From positions 293,797-357,796 of the forward strand of contig CAZYLF010000001.1 of assembly GCA_964648765.1 (NCBI GenBank): a stretch of 64,000 bases of DNA, read 5' to 3'. How positions within the stretch are numbered: the first letter of the stretch is position 1; each line of letters opens with the position of its first letter. The stretch is from an uncultured Candidatus Saccharibacteria bacterium. Lineage in GTDB: Bacteria > Patescibacteriota > Minisyncoccia > Phycocordibacterales > JACOZG01. Of the stretch, positions 58,049-64,000 are shown in pieces. The notes under the pieces are model-generated. The model had not been told where the DNA came from, did not search any database, and saw only the letters and a program-made list of their open reading frames with translations. The translations under genes and the position numbers were made by a program.

Positions 58049-60529
58049 TTACTTAATGTCCACACCCGCACTTCGAAGGAGGTCACCAAGGGAACTCCCA
58101 AGTACTTCCTTCGAGTTTAAGGTTACCGGTTTCGACGCGGCTCGCCTTGAAGCCTCTGCCGCTATTCTGGCTTTTTCATTTTCAGCTTGTTGTCGCATCC
58201 TTTCTTGGGCGGCGACACGAGTTGTTTCGGCTTCAGCCAACTGCTTTGCAATTGTCTCGTCGCGAACCCGATTGAGCTCAGTCTGTTCGGCACGATATCG
58301 ATCCATAGCTTCTTGTTGACGGAGTTTTTCCGCCTTCTGGTTAACTATGTCTGCGATAAGGCTATTCCGAACAGCCACAGCCTCGTTATAACTTCGAAAC
58401 CAGACAGACTTTGTGCTGCCGTACCAGCGAGAATACTCCCATGTTCCGAAGACCATGAGATCCTCGCTGGTTTCTGGATGAGACCCAACAATGCAAGTTT
58501 GCACTGGCGGTACTGATGTCTCATCATTCATATCTACGCGGGGGAGTTCCGGCTTCTGGAACGTCGCGTACATATGTTCCACCCTCACTCGAGTTGCCTC
58601 GGGGTGGGTGGGGTCCGGCACGATTTCTTCCCGCACCTTGTGACTGTTGAAGTAAAACTCAGTGGTAGAAACCACCATGTTTTTCTCCCGGTCGAAGGTG
58701 GGGTTGATGCCCGTTTTTGTTTCCACCAACTGTGGAGCAACTTCAACTAGCCAATTCGGGTCAACCTTTGTCGCCATCCTCACCAAGTGGAGCGTAGTAA
58801 GACCACGTCTCGTTTGGATTTGGAGATCGAACGGCAGTCCAACCAACCACTCAGCACCGAACGACATACCCACGACTGATTCGCGAGCGAGTGATCGTAA
58901 TTGACCGTCACCGTTACGGTAACCGCCAAATGATTGTTTCCACAGATGATCCACCATTCCGGCGCAAATTGCCCGCAGGATATCCTCCCGCTTGCCACTT
59001 GACCTGAAATCGCGAACTTTTCCGCGGAGCGCATCAGCGAGATGTCGGCGTTTCTCTACTGCTTGAAAATAACCTTTGAGAAAAACACCTGACTCGCGGA
59101 GCTCATCCTTGCTCATGTGCCGCGCGCCATTAAATACTGCGAGCTGAGCCATGACGTCGGATGAGCGTTCTGTCGGACAAAACTTTTCCCGCCAGACATG
59201 GAACGCGTTATCTTCATAACCATCCCTCCGTATCTTGCGAGCGGTGATCTCACCTTGTTCAAGAATTGCGGCAACGTTGATAACGTCGTCAACAACTCCC
59301 AGACGCTCGGCCTCAATCACCATTCTGCCAAACTGCACCGACACCGGGAGTTTGGATACCCGGTGTCCAATTTGTGTGACTTCTCCATTTGCATCCATAC
59401 AACCAAGCGCTTTAAGTGAGCGCTTTGCTTCATGGATTTCTGCCAAGTCCGGCTGATGGAAGAATCGTAACGCTTCCATATCGATTCCGGCCTCAGCAAG
59501 TCGGAGAACAGTTTGGTCCAACCGCGTGCGGTGAATTTCCGCCTTCGGGTAAACCAAACGTTCAGCATTCGCTGGGCACCAATTAATGTAGATGCCAGGC
59601 TTGGTGCGACCGGCTCGGCCTTTGCGCTGCAGTGAATCGGTTTGTGAAATGCTCATGAGGTACAAGCCCTCAACGCCATTCACAAGTTCAACTCTTCGCT
59701 CAACGCCGCTGTCTACCACAGCATCGATGTCGTCGATCGTGACGCTTGTTTGCGCCACGTTTGTCGACACTACACACTTTGGACGCGCGTAGCTTCGGAA
59801 GCAGCGATCTTGCTCTTCCAAATCCAGCTCGCCGTGAAGCGGCAGGATTTCAGCATCGATGTCTGTGGAGGCTTTGAGTTCGGCAACCGCTTTCGCGATC
59901 TCCGATTTGCCCGGTTGGAACCAAAGAACGTTATGTCCCTCCAGAAGGAGACGACGCACGTCATTTAGTTCACTTATTCCACGTGGTTTTTCCTCCACCG
60001 GGAACTGTCTTCCGGGAACTTGGAGTATGGGAGCACCTCCAAAAAAGCTTGAGAGCTTTTCCGCTTCCAACGTGGCGCTCATCACGACCACCTTGAAGTT
60101 TGCCCCCAACTCAATTTGGTGCTTGGCCCACGCCACTAGCACCTCGATGTTCAGGTTCCACTCGTGAACCTCATCGAGTAAGAGGACACTGTGGCTGCCT
60201 GCTCCCATGAGCTCGCGCACTAGCGCTAGCCCATCGGTGCAAAACAAACACCGCGTACTTGCACTGTCTTGGCGCTCGAAGGCGGTGCGAAAGCCGACCG
60301 TCTGGCCGATCTTCTCACCGATTTCATACGCCACGCGGGAGGCAACCGTCCGGGCCGCCAAACGGCGCGGTTGGGTCACAACGATGTTGTAACCCTTTTC
60401 GAGCAAGTATTGAGGTACCTGCGTCGATTTGCCTGCGCCCGTTTCGGCGGTGATGATCACTGCTGGGTGCTCGCGCACGGCAGCAATCACCTGATCCTGG
60501 AAATCACTGATAGGTAGTCCTTGGTTCAT
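58049..60529 (-). CDS. HrpA/HrpB-like DExH-box (DEAH/RHA family) RNA helicase, 826 aa
   Basis: ETGAGKSTQ, TQPRRLAA, DEVHE, MSAT, PLHG, STNVAQTSVTI, QRKGRAGR motifs and HA2-like region; GAGGAG SD before ATG 60529. Confidence 0.93.
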   Translation of the reverse strand: MNQGLPISDFQDQVIAAVREHPAVIITAETGAGKSTQVPQYLLEKGYNIVVTQPRRLAARTVASRVAYEIGEKIGQTVGFRTAFERQDSASTRCLFCTDGLALVRELMGAGSHSVLLLDEVHEWNLNIEVLVAWAKHQIELGANFKVVVMSATLEAEKLSSFFGGAPILQVPGRQFPVEEKPRGISELNDVRRLLLEGHNVLWFQPGKSEIAKAVAELKASTDIDAEILPLHGELDLEEQDRCFRSYARPKCVVSTNVAQTSVTIDDIDAVVDSGVERRVELVNGVEGLYLMSISQTDSLQRKGRAGRTKPGIYINWCPANAERLVYPKAEIHRTRLDQTVLRLAEAGIDMEALRFFHQPDLAEIHEAKRSLKALGCMDANGEVTQIGHRVSKLPVSVQFGRMVIEAERLGVVDDVINVAAILEQGEITARKIRRDGYEDNAFHVWREKFCPTERSSDVMAQLAVFNGARHMSKDELRESGVFLKGYFQAVEKRRHLADALRGKVRDFRSSGKREDILRAICAGMVDHLWKQSFGGYRNGDGQLRSLARESVVGMSFGAEWLVGLPFDLQIQTRRGLTTLHLVRMATKVDPNWLVEVAPQLVETKTGINPTFDREKNMVVSTTEFYFNSHKVREEIVPDPTHPEATRVRVEHMYATFQKPELPRVDMNDETSVPPVQTCIVGSHPETSEDLMVFGTWEYSRWYGSTKSVWFRSYNEAVAVRNSLIADIVNQKAEKLRQQEAMDRYRAEQTELNRVRDETIAKQLAEAETTRVAAQERMRQQAENEKARIAAEASRRAASKPVTLNSKEVLGSSLGDLLRSAGVDIK

Positions 60530-60660
60530 TTTATCTCCTCGAGCATGGGTACTCCGACATAAAGTCGAAGCAATGACCCACCCTGCTCGGCCGCATTTAA
60601 GCGACTTCCGTTCGGCGTAATGCCTACGGCATGCGGGCAGGGTTGCCCAGGTTTTTCCAT
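60526..60660 (-). CDS. Possible 44 aa ORF translationally coupled to the helicase (not in ORF track)
   Basis: MEKPGQPCPHAVGITPNGSRLNAAEQGGSLLRLYVGVPMLEEIK; AGGAG upstream; stop overlaps the helicase start as ATGA. Confidence 0.4.
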   Translation of the reverse strand: MEKPGQPCPHAVGITPNGSRLNAAEQGGSLLRLYVGVPMLEEIK

Positions 60661-60948
60661 AACTCACCAACTCCTACTTAGCTGATCCCTTTCTCCTAAT
60701 TTTCTTAGGACATAATTTCCAATCAACCCACGATCACACGATCGCCGGGTTGAATAAGAAGAGGGACGCAACTTGCAAGCAAGCCACGTCCCTCGTTGAT
60801 TTTTACACGCATGCACAAAGTGCACCGCAACCGGAGCCACCCGGGATTTTGTACTGTCTCCATAGTCGGAGGCCACCCGACTGGTTCAGAATCTATACTT
60901 CACTATGCACCTCTCCCTTTCTCCCGGCCTGGGAAAATTTTCACTTTT

Positions 60949-61104
60949 TCACTTGATTGGACCGCCGTTGTAGAGCGACCAAGCCTGGGGAGACACTTCC
61001 CGATGGCTGTTGATGTTCGCCAGGTGGGCGAACAATGCCACAAGTGCTACGAGACCCACGACATTCCACTGGTACTGTTTTACGACTTTCTTCCAATTCG
61101 ACAT
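60949..61104 (-). CDS. Small single-TM protein, 51 aa (not in ORF track)
   Basis: GAGGAG-N7-ATG; MSNWKKVVKQYQWNVVGLVALVALFAHLANINSHREVSPQAWSLYNGGPIK. Confidence 0.65.
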   Translation of the reverse strand: MSNWKKVVKQYQWNVVGLVALVALFAHLANINSHREVSPQAWSLYNGGPIK

Positions 61105-61237
61105 CTCAATTCTCCTCTCCCAAACTTAATCGGGAAAAAACTCATTCCATTGAACCCACAAGCACACGCTTACGGATTCAATCAGAAGGGGAACGCGCAA
61201 TTTTCATCGCACGTTCCCCTGGAACTTCACGAAAGAA

Positions 61238-61801
61238 CTACAACTGGTCCCCAGGGGATGCGGGGACTTCCTCTCCTTCCTCCTCTATTACCTCCACTTC
61301 ATCGAAGGAGTTGATGGTGGCCTTGCCCGAGGCTACCAGGAACGCCTCCTCAGCGGTGAACCACCCCTCCTTTTGGTCGGGGTGCCACACGTTTTTACCG
61401 AGGACTTCCTCGGCAGCCCAGGCCCGCGCGAGCCCCCTTTCGGTGGTCTCGCATGAGATTTCGAGATAGAGATTTTTTTCCCCGGGGGCATAACAACCCC
61501 CGCACCCTGACACCTTTGTAATGGTGGTATCACCTCGCCATTCCAGGGACCATTCATGGCCGCTCAGGTTGAGATGAATGGCCTTAGCCACCCCGTGGGG
61601 GGCATCATAATCTATACTGGCCTCGGCGTAAGCTCTGGCCACTGCCGAAACAAGGGCCTCTACCGAGAGGCCACCGCCTTGCATTTTTTGTTCCACCATC
61701 CAGTTGAGGTGGTGGGGGTGGTTGGCCCCCGCGATACTGGCTGCCTTACAAAAGGCGGCGATGGCTTGCGCTGCTTGAACTTTTGCGTAGATCTTCAACA
61801 T
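61238..61801 (-). CDS. Hypothetical protein
   Basis: 187 aa ORF filling the space between two repeats; GGAG SD. Confidence 0.75.
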   Translation of the reverse strand: MLKIYAKVQAAQAIAAFCKAASIAGANHPHHLNWMVEQKMQGGGLSVEALVSAVARAYAEASIDYDAPHGVAKAIHLNLSGHEWSLEWRGDTTITKVSGCGGCYAPGEKNLYLEISCETTERGLARAWAAEEVLGKNVWHPDQKEGWFTAEEAFLVASGKATINSFDEVEVIEEEGEEVPASPGDQL

Positions 61802-61989
61802 CTTCTCATCTCCATCTCCCGATCTTTTTTATCGGATAAAAACTCACTTCCAATCAACCCACGATCACGCGATCGCAGGTTGAATAAGAAAGGGGAACGT
61901 GCAAATGAGCACGTTCCCCTGAAACTTTATGAAAGAACTATTTTTTGACAGTTTACCGAACTGCCACGGGGAGTAGCTACCTAAACCTA

Positions 61990-62184
61990 CTACTCCAGAT
62001 TCTGGGCCGAGTTGTTCCTGCGACCAGGAGACGACTTTGTGTGGGCCCGCGAGATAGCATTGACCTCACGGATGAATTCCCATCCCCACGCTTTTTTCAC
62101 GAGGGGTATTGAATTCATGACCGCGTTCACTGTGCGAGCTACCCGAGGAAAACGATAATACATATCAGAAATCGGTGTAAACAT
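61990..62184 (-). CDS. Small hypothetical protein, first gene of the array unit
   Basis: AAGGAG-N7-ATG at 62184; 64 aa. Confidence 0.55.
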   Translation of the reverse strand: MFTPISDMYYRFPRVARTVNAVMNSIPLVKKAWGWEFIREVNAISRAHTKSSPGRRNNSAQNLE

Positions 62185-62396
62185 TTTCATTCTCCTTAAA
62201 TTTTCGTACTCACTTTTGAATCGCGCCCGCCCTAACATTAGGTCGGGTAAATTTGCGATCCCTCTTGTCACACCGAGTCTAGAGTAGTTTGTAGTCCTAC
62301 CTCTCTCCGTGAGACGAAGAGGAATAACAATGATTGCCTTTCGGCAGTTGTTTCCTTTTCTCTCTATTTAATTGTTAAAGTCCTTGGATTAATACG

Positions 62397-62494
62397 AAAA
62401 AAAGCGATTTTTAGGCTCCTCATCGTAAATGATTGAGAGAAACGCAAAAATCGCTCTTATGGCCATCTCACCCCGGCCCCGGGCTCTCTCTCAA
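62397..62494 (-). promoter_or_regulatory. Attenuator-like leader: terminator hairpin with competing antiterminator
   Basis: GCGATTTTTG...TAAAAATCGC + T7 (62397-62454); upstream TTGAGAGAGAGC (62483-62494) can pair with GCGTTTCTCTCAA in the terminator 5' arm. Confidence 0.6.
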
Positions 62495-62519
62495 CCTATT
62501 CCATTTTTAATCTACTCCT

Positions 62520-62548
62520 ATTATACACCCAAATGAGTTATTTGTCAA
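62520..62548 (-). promoter_or_regulatory. Consensus sigma70 promoter driving the repeat array
   Basis: Minus strand TTGACA-N17-TATAAT, a perfect match. Confidence 0.85.
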
Positions 62549-62585
62549 GTTAAAGTGATGAGTTTCGCATCTAAATTTTAGGGCT

Positions 62586-62614
62586 CAAAAAATGGCCCAA
62601 CTGGGCCATTTTTC
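62586..62614 (-). terminator. Terminator after rpsA
   Basis: AAAAATGGCCCA-GT-TGGGCCATTTTTT on minus strand. Confidence 0.8.
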
Positions 62615-62635
62615 GTAAGACTATTTGCTAGTAGG

Positions 62636-63784
62636 TTAAGCTTTTTTAACGACTCCGGGGACGTTAGGAGTGAGAGTCATTTTTTGATTTTTTGGATCAA
62701 AAAAGTTGATGGTGAATGGGTAAGTTTTGCCAAGCTCTAAACTTTTGCGCAGAGCCTCCTCATTTGCAAATTCCGACACATGCACCAAGCCCGCCACGCC
62801 CTCCTCAATAGACACAAGCGCGCCATGCTTATTGTGTTTGATTACCACACCCTTCACTTCATCACCTTTTTTATACTTTTTACCAGCTTCATCCCAAGGA
62901 TTCTTTTTGAGTGCCTTAAGCGAGAGCGAGATTTTGTTATCCTTAATCTCAATAATTTTGGCTTTTACGTTTTCACCAACTTTGTAAAGTTCTTTAGGAT
63001 TTTCCACTAAAGCCCAATCAATTTCTGAAATGTGGATCAAACCTTCTAAACCTTCTTCAATTTTTACAAAAATTCCAAAGTCCACCGCGCCCGTCACTTG
63101 GCCTTCCACAGTGTCGCCCAAGGCATACTTTTCAATAATATCTTTTTTAACTTGATTGCCCACAACTTTTTCAGAGAAGATGAGTTTGCCCTCTTTAGGA
63201 TCAGCGGCAATAATGAAGACTTCAAGTGGTTGGCCTACGAACTTTACGAGTTCTACTAAAATTTTATCTTTGTCACCATCTGGGACTTTAGGATAATGTT
63301 CAGCCTTAAGTTGTGAGGCGGGCATAAAGCCGTCGAGGCCTTGCCACTCTAAAATCAAACCACCTTTATTAGCTTCTTTAACAATTAAATTGAGAGGTTC
63401 TTTATTATCAATAAACTTTTTGGCTTCACTCCAAATGATAGCTTGCTTAGCCTCTTTGAGTGAGAGTTCCATATAACCGCGTTCGCCCTCGGGGAGCACC
63501 ACTTTGGCGGTGATCTCATCGCCCTCGTTGATCTCCTTAATAATGTCACGAGCGATTAAGAATTCGCGACCGAAGATGATACCAGTGCCGAAAGGAGGCA
63601 CATCCACATAGAGAGCCATTTTGTCGCGTCCAATTACTGTGCCGGTGACGAGAGAATTGATCTCGGGAGGATTCTCCGAGTTCCGCATGATCTCATCCAT
63701 CACCGGATTTACAGGCGCCATCGCCATTTCGGCGTCGGTCACCACTTGCTCCTCTTCTTTAACCTTTTTTGTGGCTGTTACCAT
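62636..63784 (-). CDS. rpsA: Ribosomal protein S1 (short, about four S1 domains)
   Basis: ANKGGL, GFMPASQL, DFGIFV..GLEGLIHISEI and GLVHVSE S1 motifs. Confidence 0.9.
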   Translation of the reverse strand: MVTATKKVKEEEQVVTDAEMAMAPVNPVMDEIMRNSENPPEINSLVTGTVIGRDKMALYVDVPPFGTGIIFGREFLIARDIIKEINEGDEITAKVVLPEGERGYMELSLKEAKQAIIWSEAKKFIDNKEPLNLIVKEANKGGLILEWQGLDGFMPASQLKAEHYPKVPDGDKDKILVELVKFVGQPLEVFIIAADPKEGKLIFSEKVVGNQVKKDIIEKYALGDTVEGQVTGAVDFGIFVKIEEGLEGLIHISEIDWALVENPKELYKVGENVKAKIIEIKDNKISLSLKALKKNPWDEAGKKYKKGDEVKGVVIKHNKHGALVSIEEGVAGLVHVSEFANEEALRKSLELGKTYPFTINFFDPKNQKMTLTPNVPGVVKKA

Positions 63785-63842
63785 AGTAGGAGGATTATAT
63801 ACAAAAGCCCGCAGTTGGCAAGGGGAGTTTAAAACATAAAAG

Positions 63843-63885
63843 AAAAAAGGCCCGAGTCATTCTGCTTTAGCAGAGACTCGGGCCT
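63843..63885 (-). terminator. Intrinsic terminator upstream of rpsA
   Basis: GGCCCGAGTC...GACTCGGGCC + T-run on minus strand. Confidence 0.75.
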
Positions 63886-63906
63886 CGTTGTCATTCTTGC
63901 GAATGA

Positions 63907-63999
63907 TTACTCCCCCTTTTGAATTCCGTACCCTTGTTTCTCCAGCATCTTTTGGATCTCACTTTTTGAAGTCCACGGGCTCAGTCCGTTGTAGACGGC
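63907..63999 (-). CDS. 3' end of an unknown gene running in from the window edge
   Basis: Open frame AVYNGLSPWTSKSEIQKMLEKQGYGIQKGE-stop just before a terminator. Confidence 0.4.
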   Translation of the reverse strand, partial: AVYNGLSPWTSKSEIQKMLEKQGYGIQKGE

Positions 64000-64000
64000 G

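Larger units (their letters stand above)
54428..61940 (-). repeat. Ten dispersed copies of a structured intergenic repeat: 54428-54506, 55144-55214, 55579-55610 (partial), 56060-56128, 56785-56851, 57214-57275, 57925-58009, 60717-60794, 61145-61240, 61848-61940
   Basis: Minus-strand consensus [GC-rich hairpin]-TTCTTWTTCAACCYGCGATCGTGTGATCGTGRGTTGATTGGAA, read directly at each position. Confidence 0.92.

Noticed and set aside
60540-60660. Self-cleaving ribozyme or riboswitch upstream of the helicase
   Set aside because: GC-rich and foldable, but no hammerhead, twister, pistol, HDV or riboswitch consensus recognised; a coupled small ORF explains it equally well.
55546-60670. ORF-track starts at TTG/GTG within or before repeats (METIQ.., MEETR.., MEENW.., MMKKS.., MVSYG..)
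   Set aside because: They arise from the repeat's TTGGAA or upstream non-coding DNA; SD-led ATGs lie downstream.
54428-61940. CRISPR array interpretation of the repeats
   Set aside because: Spacing is hundreds to thousands of bp and contains genes, copies are degenerate, and no cas genes are in the window.
54428-61940. Canonical integron/attC call
   Set aside because: The core is shorter than known attC sites, GTT/AAC is not invariant and there is no intI in the window. Kept only as an alternative hypothesis.
53400-62550. Prophage
   Set aside because: No recognisable capsid, terminase, portal, tail, integrase or att duplication.
1-64000. Alternative genetic code (TGA=Gly, as in Gracilibacteria)
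   Set aside because: Conserved genes are full length under code 11, and some (purD, murJ, tsaD) end in TGA.

Overview
A 64 kb chromosomal segment that looks like a Patescibacteria/CPR (Parcubacteria-like) bacterium using code 11. This is inferred from gene content and organisation, not from a database search. Housekeeping blocks: groES-groEL, lemA-htpX, nrdJ, rnpB, murJ-lepA, tsaD, hisS-rpsU-ybeY-ftsA-ftsZ-trxB-dsbA-VKOR, lepB, pth, rpsA and seven intact tRNAs. These alternate with stand-alone accessory genes and two large surface proteins. The most unusual part is ~54.3-62.55 kb, an apparent ~8.2 kb minus-strand transcription unit. It starts at a perfect sigma70 promoter, has an attenuator-like leader and ends at an intrinsic terminator. 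Inside it, about 12 mostly small unrecognised genes and one HrpA-like DExH helicase are separated by 10 copies of a structured intergenic repeat showing compensatory base changes and, in some copies, complementary (kissing) loops. No integrase or cas gene is present in the window. A second oddity is a tRNA-Gly(CCC) locus where a GIY-YIG nuclease gene sits among tRNA copies whose D-arms carry different double-hairpin inserts at the same position; a related palindrome lies inside the tsaD coding sequence. Core genes often look leaderless, while accessory genes carry strong Shine-Dalgarno sites. All protein calls are motif recognition by eye.
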